Below are positions 7,045 to 14,205 of a DNA stretch of 17,612 nucleotides, piece by piece; the first letter of the stretch is position 1; every line of letters begins with the position of its first letter. Made by a program: the position numbers and the translations under genes. The notes under the pieces are model-generated. The model had not been told where the DNA came from, did no database searches, and saw only the letters and a list, made by a program, of their open reading frames with translations. Source of the DNA: a virus; IMG/VR virus record IMGVR_UViG_3300033121_002167, positions 64,001 to 81,612 of that record; one strand, given 5' to 3'.

Positions 7045-7433
7045 TTACCACCCGTGGGGATGACAACTGTGAAACCTGCCGCTTCCGACAGTTGCTTTGA
7101 AAGCTCGGTCGGATCATCGCTCCACTTTTTCACGATGTTCTCGATCTCCTTACGCTTCTTCTCGTCAAGGTCTCTCTTAGCAGCTTCGTACTGCTGCTGG
7201 ATTGACATCAACGTTTCATTGAGCTTACGCTCGTTCTCGATGTGAGCTTTTCGCTCTTCTTCACGTGCCTCATTGATCTTCTTAATCTCTTCCTCGTGCG
7301 CCTTCTTGATATCTGACAGCTGGTCAGAAAAAGAAGATTTTTGCTTCGTAAAGATGAAGAAACCAGCGACAGCAATGAGAAATCCAACGGCAAGTTGCCA
7401 GTAAGCTTTGACGAATGCCCAAAATTTTGCCAT
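7041..7433 (-). CDS. Membrane protein with an N-terminal transmembrane helix and a long charged coiled coil, 130 aa. It is i-spanin-like (Rz-like) or another envelope-acting protein.
   Basis: ATG at 7433-7431, followed by FWAFVKAYWQLAVGFLIAVAGFFIF and then a KK/EE-rich helical region (EEEIKKINEAREEERKAHIENERKLNE). Its frame is closed 17 codons upstream of the ATG. The ribosome-binding site is weak. Confidence 0.55.
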   Translation of the reverse strand: MAKFWAFVKAYWQLAVGFLIAVAGFFIFTKQKSSFSDQLSDIKKAHEEEIKKINEAREEERKAHIENERKLNETLMSIQQQYEAAKRDLDEKKRKEIENIVKKWSDDPTELSKQLSEAAGFTVVIPTGGK

Positions 7434-7747
7434 CGTAAGTTCGGCTTGTTCGGGACTTCTTTTGTCTTTGTTGCGGGAGCATATTCAGCTGGTTTTCCCT
7501 TCAACAGTTCGATGATCTTCTTCTGCGTTGCTTCAATCTCAGCAATGCGCTCATTGTGAACCTTGTAGGCTTTAGCAAGAGAGACAATCGACTTAGCGAC
7601 TGAACTAACGTTGATAGACAGAGCTAGGATGTCAGACTTGGTCTCAGTCAACATCCCAGATGCTGACATCAAGTACTCAAATGCATCAATCGCTTTCGCC
7701 AGCAGCTTCTCTTCGAGCGATTTCTTCAAGTTTTTCACGTCTTTCAT
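7208..7747 (-). CDS. Hypothetical protein, 179 aa as an ORF, with a helical N-terminal ~105 aa. The last ~75 codons overlap the next gene out of frame and look non-native (Arg/Ser-rich).
   Basis: ATG at 7747-7745 with GAGGA 3-4 nt upstream. The 226-nt overlap with 7041..7433 is in the -1 frame relationship. An A5/T5 homopolymer stretch (AGCAAAAATCTTCTTTTTCTG) lies inside the overlap. Confidence 0.45.
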   Translation of the reverse strand: MKDVKNLKKSLEEKLLAKAIDAFEYLMSASGMLTETKSDILALSINVSSVAKSIVSLAKAYKVHNERIAEIEATQKKIIELLKGKPAEYAPATKTKEVPNKPNLRWQNFGHSSKLTGNLPLDFSLLSLVSSSLRSKNLLFLTSCQISRRRTRKRLRRSMRHVKKSEKLTSRTSVSSMKR

Positions 7748-8039
7748 TTTCCTCTATTAGAGTATACATCGCTTCAGCGTCAAGTTCATGCAATTTTTTG
7801 CCGTAATCTCTCTTGGGCTTTGGAGCATCATCGAGAGCTGCACGTATTTTCTTCGTCACTAGACCTTTCAAGACGTTGTAACCCGGCCCAGCGTCATCAA
7901 TAACTTGCCTAGCGAACTCATCAAATAGTTCTTGAAGAGAAACACCATGATGGAAAGATTTAACGCGTAGTTCAGCATGCACCTCTTTGTCAAGGTTGAT
8001 GTGCAAGCTTTTCTTTGTGACAAGCGCGTCAGATTTCAT
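7686..8039 (-). CDS. Putative ribbon-helix-helix (Arc/MetJ/CopG-like) DNA-binding protein, 117 aa.
   Basis: It has a beta-strand then helix-helix pattern: SLHINLDKEVHAELRVKSFHHGVSLQELFDEFARQV. ATG start. It overlaps its neighbour by 62 nt. Confidence 0.5.
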   Translation of the reverse strand: MKSDALVTKKSLHINLDKEVHAELRVKSFHHGVSLQELFDEFARQVIDDAGPGYNVLKGLVTKKIRAALDDAPKPKRDYGKKLHELDAEAMYTLIEENERREKLEEIARREAAGESD

Positions 8040-8598
8040 GAACTAAGACTGCTCCTCCTCCGCCGACGCCTCCATCACCTGCTCGATCAGCTGGCGGTGC
8101 AGTGAATTCATCTTCCATTTCATCCCTTGACTTACCGATCTCCATGCCATGCTCGTTGCGAAGCTGCTCTTTGAATGAATCAGCAACTGACTCATCGTAA
8201 TTCTTCGACAAGAAGTTTGACGCCCTACGCAAGATCGTATTTCTAACTTCTAGCAAGGAGTCGTAGTTGTCTATCAACCTGACAACGCCGTTGACAAAAG
8301 AGCCCACGTCGATGTCTTCAACAGTAAGCTTCTTTGGTTCATCGCTAGAATCATCACCCTTGTCGTCATCTTCACCAGCTTCAACGATTCGACGCACAGT
8401 CATTCGCCAATCGCGACCTTCGGTCTTTGCGGACTTTGCTTCTTTCTCATAGTCATTCAAGTAACGATCGACCTGAGAGTCTAGTGAATCTTCTCCCGGC
8501 TCTTCTGCTGGTGGCGCCGGCGCTTCGCCTTCTTCTCTGAGAATCTCTTCCCTTAGAACACGCCGAAGATCACCCAAGCGAACCTTAAAAGTCTTCAT
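8029..8598 (-). CDS. Hypothetical acidic protein, 189 aa (Glu/Asp-rich, Gly-run near the C-terminus).
   Basis: The ATG at 8598-8596 overlaps the TGA of the SOD-like gene in an ATGA arrangement. Confidence 0.55.
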   Translation of the reverse strand: MKTFKVRLGDLRRVLREEILREEGEAPAPPAEEPGEDSLDSQVDRYLNDYEKEAKSAKTEGRDWRMTVRRIVEAGEDDDKGDDSSDEPKKLTVEDIDVGSFVNGVVRLIDNYDSLLEVRNTILRRASNFLSKNYDESVADSFKEQLRNEHGMEIGKSRDEMEDEFTAPPADRAGDGGVGGGGAVLVHEI

Positions 8599-9311
8599 GA
8601 CTTCACCGCCACGCCGATTGCTTCAGCTCTCTTAAAACGATCTTCGCAAACTTCCCAATTGATCTCTCTCATCTGAGCGATCAAGTAGCTCTTCTTGTCG
8701 GTCAAGTAGTCTCTAGCGTATGCATGCTCCCACATGTCGACAACGATCACTGGGTAGAAGCCTAGTGGGATATCTCCACTGTGGTGGCTGATTGGAACGT
8801 TGATGTACTTCTTCAAGAAAGTGTGATATCCGCAAACAGCCCATCCATTTCCAGCAGCCATGGCACATGCGATGAAGTCACGTTGCCAATCTTCGAACGT
8901 TCCGAAGTCTCTCTGCAGCTTGATGTAAGCGATTGAATCCATCACGATCTCAGAATGAGGATCGTAGCAGTTCGCAAAGTACAGCTCGTGAAGCCACACA
9001 GCATTGAGGTTGTACGCTTCATCAAGCTTCAATGACCTGAAGTCACTGTGCTTTGAATTTGAAGCGCCCCTGTCAGCAGTGTCAAGCTGCGCTGAAACAT
9101 TGTTCAACGTATCAACGTACTCACGGTAAAGAGTTGTGTGCGCTTCTTTTGTCTTCTGCGAAACCATCTCGGAGACTTGCTTGAACGGCTTCGGTTCTGC
9201 AACGTAAGACTCGTTGATCTTTCCAACTTCTTTCACAGCAGCCGAGCGCGATAGCGCATCTCTGATCGTCTTATCAAGGTCTAGACCTTCTAGTATGTTC
9301 TTTTTGCTCAT
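8595..9311 (-). CDS. Fe/Mn superoxide dismutase-like protein, 238 aa, with a ~40-aa N-terminal extension.
   Basis: The C-terminal signature DMWEHAYARDY corresponds to the D-x-W-E-H-A-Y-Y motif that carries the Asp and His metal ligands. Other matches are GNGWAVCGY (GSGWxWL-like), NAVWLHELYF (NAAQxWNHtFyW-like, with His) and HTTLYREYVDTLNN (HHxxYVxxLN-like). The ATG has AAGGA 9 nt upstream. Confidence 0.65.
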   Translation of the reverse strand: MSKKNILEGLDLDKTIRDALSRSAAVKEVGKINESYVAEPKPFKQVSEMVSQKTKEAHTTLYREYVDTLNNVSAQLDTADRGASNSKHSDFRSLKLDEAYNLNAVWLHELYFANCYDPHSEIVMDSIAYIKLQRDFGTFEDWQRDFIACAMAAGNGWAVCGYHTFLKKYINVPISHHSGDIPLGFYPVIVVDMWEHAYARDYLTDKKSYLIAQMREINWEVCEDRFKRAEAIGVAVKS

Positions 9312-9609
9312 GATCTTTTCCTTGTAAGCTTAGCTCGTAATTCTTTTCAAGTTCTTCTGCATCAATCAGGAATTTTTCACCCTCTGGCGTCCTGAGTATG
9401 CAATCGTTAGGACCGACTGAATCCACTGTGTAGCGAATTCCACTGTTCTTGTGAAGAACTTTCAGCTCTGGAGCGATGATCATCTTCTCTTCTCCTTTGC
9501 CGATCTTTGCAGTCATCGCAACGTCGACGGTCTCCGTTAGAGACGCAACACGTGAGTCCCACTCTTCACGGAAGACTTCTATGATGTCCTTATCAGTAAG
9601 TGCTCTCAT
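9274..9609 (-). CDS. Hypothetical protein, 111 aa.
   Basis: The ATG at 9609-9607 overlaps the TGA of the dCMP deaminase gene (ATGA). It overlaps the next gene by 38 nt. Confidence 0.5.
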   Translation of the reverse strand: MRALTDKDIIEVFREEWDSRVASLTETVDVAMTAKIGKGEEKMIIAPELKVLHKNSGIRYTVDSVGPNDCILRTPEGEKFLIDAEELEKNYELSLQGKDHEQKEHTRRSRP

Positions 9610-10043
9610 GTTCTCGATGTAAGTATTGTGTCCGATGTTCTCATGACTTCAATACCAACTGATTGCAGCAAGACAAGACCTGACGAATCCCTGTACTGGA
9701 TGTCATACACGACCCTAGAGATTCCAGCGTTGATGATCATCTTGGCACACATCCGACACGGTGAATGAGTCACGTACATGTGCTTCTTCTTCGGAAAGTT
9801 ATAATCGAGCTTGATTATAGCGTTAGCCTCAGCATGCAAGAAACCGCTAAGACCAGGTTCGCTCGATTCTTTCTCGTGAGGTCCACCCTTGTAGTTCCCG
9901 TTGTACCCAATCGAGAGCATCTGCGTGTTATCGTCAGAAACGACGATCGCTCCCACTTTGAGAGCATCGTCGTACGATCTAAGAGAGATCGTCTTTGCTA
10001 CTGACATCCACGTTTCAGGCCACGGAACAGCGTTGTTGGTCAT
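9606..10043 (-). CDS. cd: Deoxycytidylate (dCMP) deaminase, zinc-dependent cytidine/dCMP deaminase family.
   Basis: HAEANAI (the zinc His plus catalytic Glu) and SPCRMCAKMIINAGI (the PCxxC zinc ligands). The track start at 10076 is TTG. I chose the ATG at 10043-10041, which overlaps the thymidine kinase TGA as ATGA (MTNNAVPWPETW...). Confidence 0.85.
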   Translation of the reverse strand: MTNNAVPWPETWMSVAKTISLRSYDDALKVGAIVVSDDNTQMLSIGYNGNYKGGPHEKESSEPGLSGFLHAEANAIIKLDYNFPKKKHMYVTHSPCRMCAKMIINAGISRVVYDIQYRDSSGLVLLQSVGIEVMRTSDTILTSRT

Positions 10044-10609
10044 GTTAGCACTATGAAAGGATGACATCGCAAGCAACGCGGCTCGTATAGCTCGTGCCCG
10101 CCAACTTCAAGCAACGTTTCATCTTCGCTCTTCTTGTACGTAAAATGAGCATCTTGCGAGCAGATCGTGCACACTGCTGAGCACTTCTCTATTGACGTTG
10201 CCCAAGGCAACATCTTTGTCACTTCATCGAACGGTTTGCCGTTGAATGCAGTGTCAAGCGTTGACACTATGATGTTGTATCCGTTCCTGTACAAGAACGT
10301 CAAAGCATCAGCAACGCCGTTGATCATGAAAGCTTCATCTACTGCGATGATGCTAATGTCGTTGTTCTGCTCTTCAAGAACTTTCGCAAGGATACCTTCT
10401 GCGTTATTGACAGTGACTGCATCGTGACGCCAACCGCCGTGCGTCACGATCTGAGACGTAGAGTAGCGATCATCTATCGCAGGCTTGAAAACTAGAGCGT
10501 TTCTCTTCTGGTACTTGCAACGCTCAAGCTCCATCAACAATCGAGATGATTTTGATGACCACATGGGTCCGACGTACATCACGAATGTTGGATTAGCTTG
10601 CTTGCTCAT
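10040..10609 (-). CDS. tk: Thymidine kinase (type II, Tdk-like), 189 aa.
   Basis: P-loop YVGPMWSSKSS, Walker B/acceptor region AVDEAFMI, and the C-terminal zinc motif CSAVCTICS...CLRCH. ATG start. Confidence 0.9.
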   Translation of the reverse strand: MSKQANPTFVMYVGPMWSSKSSRLLMELERCKYQKRNALVFKPAIDDRYSTSQIVTHGGWRHDAVTVNNAEGILAKVLEEQNNDISIIAVDEAFMINGVADALTFLYRNGYNIIVSTLDTAFNGKPFDEVTKMLPWATSIEKCSAVCTICSQDAHFTYKKSEDETLLEVGGHELYEPRCLRCHPFIVLT

Positions 10610-10628
10610 GATCGCTACTCTAACCGGT

Positions 10629-11186
10629 CTAGAGCGCTAGTAATCCGACAACGACAAGCGTGTCGAACGGAGGAGCGCACCCGGCATTCTCTTCTGCGGC
10701 AGCCTTGAGAGAATCCAGAACTCTCTTCTTCGCCGGCCCCACGCCCTTCGAAGCCTTCAATGCACCCAACGCTGCAGGGGATCCAGAGCCAACAGAAGCG
10801 TAACCACGAGCACTCTCAACGAGCTGGAAGTTTCCCTCGAGCTCGTGCAGCTCACCCCTGTATGCAATGAGTAGCGCACCGTGGAAGTAGTGCTGACCAC
10901 GATGCTCCTCAGTACAATCAAACTTCTTCAAACCTTCGCGGATCGCAGGTACCCACTTGCTGACAAGATAGTCCTTCGCAGAACCGCTCTCGTGCGGCGG
11001 GAATTCGATGCCATGCTTGATAGCATCCATGACCTTAGGCAACCCGCAAACACCAACGCCGATGCCGTTCTTCAAGAAGATCTTCGGATGCTTCAAGAGA
11101 ACCCTGTCTAGACCGCCACCAGTTGCTGCACGATCACCACCGAGCCAAACGTTCTTTCCCTCAACGACGCCAACAATAACAGTCAT
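10629..11186 (-). CDS. HslV/proteasome beta-subunit-like N-terminal nucleophile peptidase, 185 aa.
   Basis: It starts MTVIVGVVEGKNVWLGGDRAATGG, compared with HslV [24 protein letters not shown], so Thr is at position 2 and would be the Thr1 nucleophile after Met removal. A Lys in HPKIF sits at the HslV Lys33-like position. The Gly-rich GVGVCG and YASVGSGSPAALGALKA match the HslV GSGG region. There is a strong ribosome-binding site, AAGGAG. Confidence 0.65.
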   Translation of the reverse strand: MTVIVGVVEGKNVWLGGDRAATGGGLDRVLLKHPKIFLKNGIGVGVCGLPKVMDAIKHGIEFPPHESGSAKDYLVSKWVPAIREGLKKFDCTEEHRGQHYFHGALLIAYRGELHELEGNFQLVESARGYASVGSGSPAALGALKASKGVGPAKKRVLDSLKAAAEENAGCAPPFDTLVVVGLLAL

Positions 11187-11362
11187 TTTCCATTCTCCTT
11201 TTCTTCTTTGTAGTTCACTTCAGTCTGCCAGGCTACTTTTATGAGCTCAACCACTTGATCAATGCTCAACCCGAGCATCTCACCGAGCTCAACGACGCTT
11301 CTTACTGCTACCTCGAACATCTTCTCAATCGATGGTAGCTGATCTCCTTTTTGCTTTGCCAT
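11183..11362 (-). CDS. Small hypothetical protein, about 59 aa (MAKQKGDQLPSIEKMFEVAVRSVVELGEMLGLSIDQVVELIKVAWQ...).
   Basis: The ATG at 11362-11360 lies immediately after the TAG of the hydroxymethylase gene. A longer version from the ATG at 11413 would overlap by 50 nt. Weak support. Confidence 0.35.
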   Translation of the reverse strand: MAKQKGDQLPSIEKMFEVAVRSVVELGEMLGLSIDQVVELIKVAWQTEVNYKEEKENGK

Positions 11363-11363
11363 G

Positions 11364-12023
11364 CTATTCAACCAAGTGCCAATGCTTTTGGTATACGTGC
11401 AAAGAACCAGCATGCCAAATCATGGGACCAACTTTGACGCCCAGATCGTGAGCAAGCTGCTTGTGAACGTAGTCTTGCCAGACGCGGTCGTTGCGATATC
11501 CATACAAGACATCGTTCGACCTCATGCGAACGTCAGCAACCAGCTCTCCATTTCTGACGAAGTACTGGACTGAATCAGTACAGATGAAGTCGCTCATCCC
11601 GCTACGGTTGTAATCTTTCCAGATCGAAGGACGCGTGTACACCATCTCTGCGCGGCGGCTTTCTGGAGCTCGACGAAGTTCAGCTAGAACGTTGCTGTAC
11701 TGATCGTGATTCTCAGGGCTCCAGATAAGATAACCATAGTTCGAGTTGATCTCACCGTTAGGTGTAGCGCATGCAACCCAAGCAGCAGGTGCACCGCCAG
11801 GGATATCATGAACGTTAAGAGACATAGACTTGTACCACTCGATCTCCCTAGCTGCGTAGTCCCTGTTCACGGTCCCAAAGATAGCTTCTTCATCCGCAAT
11901 GAACGTTGCACCTATGACCTCAATCATCTTGCAACCTGTTTTGTCGGTCACGTGCTCGCCGGATGCTTTTAGCTCACGGAACCAACTCCGAACATCGCTG
12001 ACTCTATGCTCAATTCGTATCAT
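11364..12023 (-). CDS. Deoxycytidylate 5-hydroxymethylase (T4 gp42-like, thymidylate-synthase fold), 219 aa.
   Basis: Blocks match T4 gp42 as I remember it: DKTGCKMIEVIGATFIADEE, REIEWYKSMSL, GEINSNYGYLIWS, ESRRAEMVYTRPSI, GMSDFICTDSVQYF (Cys nucleophile) and MRSNDVLYGYRNDRVWQDYV. The Asp in the RND motif, where thymidylate synthase has Asn, is the cytosine-specificity determinant. The C-terminal HAGSLHVYQKH matches the TS/CH GDAHIY region. Confidence 0.85.
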   Translation of the reverse strand: MIRIEHRVSDVRSWFRELKASGEHVTDKTGCKMIEVIGATFIADEEAIFGTVNRDYAAREIEWYKSMSLNVHDIPGGAPAAWVACATPNGEINSNYGYLIWSPENHDQYSNVLAELRRAPESRRAEMVYTRPSIWKDYNRSGMSDFICTDSVQYFVRNGELVADVRMRSNDVLYGYRNDRVWQDYVHKQLAHDLGVKVGPMIWHAGSLHVYQKHWHLVE

Positions 12024-12174
12024 TCGTCTTCATCTCCAGGTCCAGCACCTTGTCTTCTAGCGTTTGAATTCTCACCTTCATCTCATTGTGTGCCCTAATG
12101 TCAACGATCGACAGAACGATCGTGAACAGCAACAGCACCCATAGCATGAAGTGGACGTGATGATCTGATTTCAT
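12010..12174 (-). CDS. Unlisted small membrane protein, 54 aa (MKSDHHVHFMLWVLLLFTIVLSIVDIRAHNEMKVRIQTLEDKVLDLEMKTNDTN).
   Basis: It is not in the ORF track because it is under 60 aa. The ATG at 12174-12172 overlaps the epimerase TGA as TGATG. It has one clear transmembrane helix followed by a charged helix. It ends 14 nt inside the hydroxymethylase start and fills an otherwise 150-nt gap in a gapless operon. Confidence 0.45.
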   Translation of the reverse strand: MKSDHHVHFMLWVLLLFTIVLSIVDIRAHNEMKVRIQTLEDKVLDLEMKTNDTN

Positions 12175-13142
12175 CAGACGTTAAGCTTTAGGTTCTTTGC
12201 CCAGTCCCAATTGTTGTCGTACCAATCGCATGTGCGAGCGATACCTTCCCAAACAGGAACTTTTACGCTGTACGCAAGGTAAACTGATGCACCGCTGATG
12301 TTTGCTAGCGTTCGCTTCACATCACCTGCCCGTGTGGGCGCAACGTTGAGCTTGAACCCGCCGTAACGCTTCAGAAGGTAAAGAATGATGTCGTTGTTGG
12401 ATACTTCAGTTCCACATGCTACGTTGAATCGATGCGCTTCAGCAGATGGAAGCTGCGCTGTTGCGGCCTTCATGCATGCATCAACAACGTTGTCAACGTA
12501 ACACAAGTCTCTTGATTGAGAGCCGTCACCATCGAAGCGAAGCGGTTCACCCTTCTTGATAGCCGTCAACCACGCGGCGAGCGCAGTTGCGTACGGAGAA
12601 CCACCCAGCGCGTTGGGTCCAAAGACGTTGAAGAACCTCAAGGAGACAGAATCTAGACCGTAGAACGTCTTGTACAACGTCAAGTAATCTTCGATGATAG
12701 ATTTCTGAAGCGCGTACGGCGACTTGGGATTCTTCTCTTCGCTCTCATGCGTGGGTAGCTTAAGAGCGCCGCCGTACACTGAAGAAGATGAAGCAAAGAC
12801 GAACCGTGTGATGTTTCCTCTGCATGCTTCCAGCAACTTCAGCGTCTTCGTGACGTTTGCATCGTTCGTTTCAAACGGATGCTCCACAGAGTACGAAACT
12901 CTTGGAACAGCAGCAAGATGGATGACAACGTCAAACTCTTTGTCCCTGATCTTCTGAAGAACTGCTTCATCAGAAAAATCACACTTAAATTCACGAATTT
13001 CTCGAAGAGTTGAATCGCTCAAAAATTCTGCGTGCCCATTAGAAAAATCATCAGCACCAGTAACTGTCCAACCAGCAGCTACGCATGCTGCTGTCAAATT
13101 TGAACCAATGAACCCTGCGTAGCCAGTTATGAGGACTTTCAT
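12174..13142 (-). CDS. NAD-dependent nucleotide-sugar epimerase/dehydratase (extended SDR, UDP-glucose 4-epimerase-like), 322 aa.
   Basis: Rossmann motif VLITGYAGFIGSNL, the catalytic YALQK (YxxxK), and the Ser-rich ASSSSVYGG upstream of it. The length and domain order are typical of GalE/WbpP-like enzymes. Confidence 0.85.
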   Translation of the reverse strand: MKVLITGYAGFIGSNLTAACVAAGWTVTGADDFSNGHAEFLSDSTLREIREFKCDFSDEAVLQKIRDKEFDVVIHLAAVPRVSYSVEHPFETNDANVTKTLKLLEACRGNITRFVFASSSSVYGGALKLPTHESEEKNPKSPYALQKSIIEDYLTLYKTFYGLDSVSLRFFNVFGPNALGGSPYATALAAWLTAIKKGEPLRFDGDGSQSRDLCYVDNVVDACMKAATAQLPSAEAHRFNVACGTEVSNNDIILYLLKRYGGFKLNVAPTRAGDVKRTLANISGASVYLAYSVKVPVWEGIARTCDWYDNNWDWAKNLKLNV

Positions 13143-13226
13143 GTCTAGGTAAGACTATACCCACCTACAGGGCTAATGTACAGCGTGTTAGTCGACGTTG
13201 CAGAGCAAGTTCATCTTCCGCATTGC

Positions 13227-13469
13227 TTAAAGCGTCGTCACCTCGTAAGAGCACCGAGCTCTAACAGCATCACGGAGACGTTCACGAAGATCATTCATGT
13301 CGACGGTGTGAGTTCTCAGCTCGCTGAACTCATCGAGCAACTTGCTCAACACGTCTGGTGCATCAGAAAAGTCTGGCGAGCCCATGAAAGGGTGCCCTCC
13401 TGCATCTCGAGCCAGCTTAGAATATTCGAAATAATTGGTCAATGAGATACCGGTATATATTTCCCGCAA
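13227..13469 (-). pseudogene. Remnant of the native 3' end of the glycosyltransferase gene, displaced by the homing-endonuclease cassette.
   Basis: This ORF has a TTG start and a stop codon immediately upstream. Its translation REIYTGISLTNYFEYSKLARDAGGHPFMGSPDFSD...RCSYEVTTL aligns over its full length with the C-terminus of the 446-aa glycosyltransferase (RECTELGCVPLTLNCNEYARLLKLSSFPIYCNPDFSD...RCSYEETTL). The remnant is GC-rich like the host genome, whereas the glycosyltransferase's current 3' end is AT-rich like the endonuclease. Confidence 0.6.
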
Positions 13470-14205
13470 TTATTCCCTTAACTTGGCTAATACGAAGATC
13501 GTATTTCTTGGCAAGATCTTTTTGAGTATACAATCCAGTTTGATAATCACTTCTAAGATCATTTACTGTCGCTCGTAGATGATCATTTCTTTTGATTCTA
13601 GCTGCGGCTATTTTTTGTTTAACTTCAACTCTTTGTTGAACTTCTTTTTGCTTTATGGAAGCTTTCAATCTAAATTCATCACTTCTGAAGATTTCTCGCA
13701 AGTTCTCGATTCGTTGTTTTGCTTTTTCTTCATCACTAGCCCAATTTTTCTTAAGTGATGAAGAAATACGCTGTTTGGTTTCTTCTGTTTGATGACCACG
13801 CAATTTTCTTACTTTGCTTTTCATCTTAAGTCTAAAACTAGGATCCTTCCACAATGCTTTAAATCGATCACTTATCAATTTTTTCTGGTGTGCTGTAATA
13901 CCACGCACGCCCTCGCCACCAGAAGTAAGATTTAGCAACATTACGCCACTTTTCTTAAGAGACGAGATGGTTTCAATTTCGTGTGCGTATGAATCTTCTT
14001 CATTACTAGTGTGATAAACACACTTAAATTCAAACGCGTCTAGACCATAAGTTCGCATGTTCGCATACAAATGACTTCTACCCCTAAATTGACCCGTAGA
14101 ACCAAAATAACGATGTATTCGCCAGCGACAAGCTAGATCATTAGTTTTTCCGACATAAACTTCTGACGTAATCGTATTTGTAATAGTGTATACAAAGAAT
14201 CCCAT
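13417..14205 (-). CDS. GIY-YIG homing endonuclease with NUMOD3 motifs (Seg/I-TevI-like, free-standing), 262 aa.
   Basis: GFFVYTITNTITSEVYVGKT gives GIY-x9-YVG. Also present are RWRIH, YAHEIETISS (Glu) and LLNLTSGG (Asn). NUMOD3-type repeats include HQTEETKQRISSSLKKNW, the consensus GxxHSEETKxKIS. It is strongly AT-rich, has an ATG start and no ribosome-binding site. Confidence 0.9.
   Translation of the reverse strand: MGFFVYTITNTITSEVYVGKTNDLACRWRIHRYFGSTGQFRGRSHLYANMRTYGLDAFEFKCVYHTSNEEDSYAHEIETISSLKKSGVMLLNLTSGGEGVRGITAHQKKLISDRFKALWKDPSFRLKMKSKVRKLRGHQTEETKQRISSSLKKNWASDEEKAKQRIENLREIFRSDEFRLKASIKQKEVQQRVEVKQKIAAARIKRNDHLRATVNDLRSDYQTGLYTQKDLAKKYDLRISQVKGIIAGNIYRYLIDQLFRIF

Noticed and set aside
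13143-13226. Largest non-coding gap (85 nt), checked for a tRNA or sigma70/MotA-type promoter
   Set aside because: No cloverleaf is evident. The GTTCATC segment lacks a flanking T-stem. The TTGCTC ... TACATT pair has 22-nt spacing, and the MotA-box-like TGCTCTG is only a partial match. This is too weak to call.
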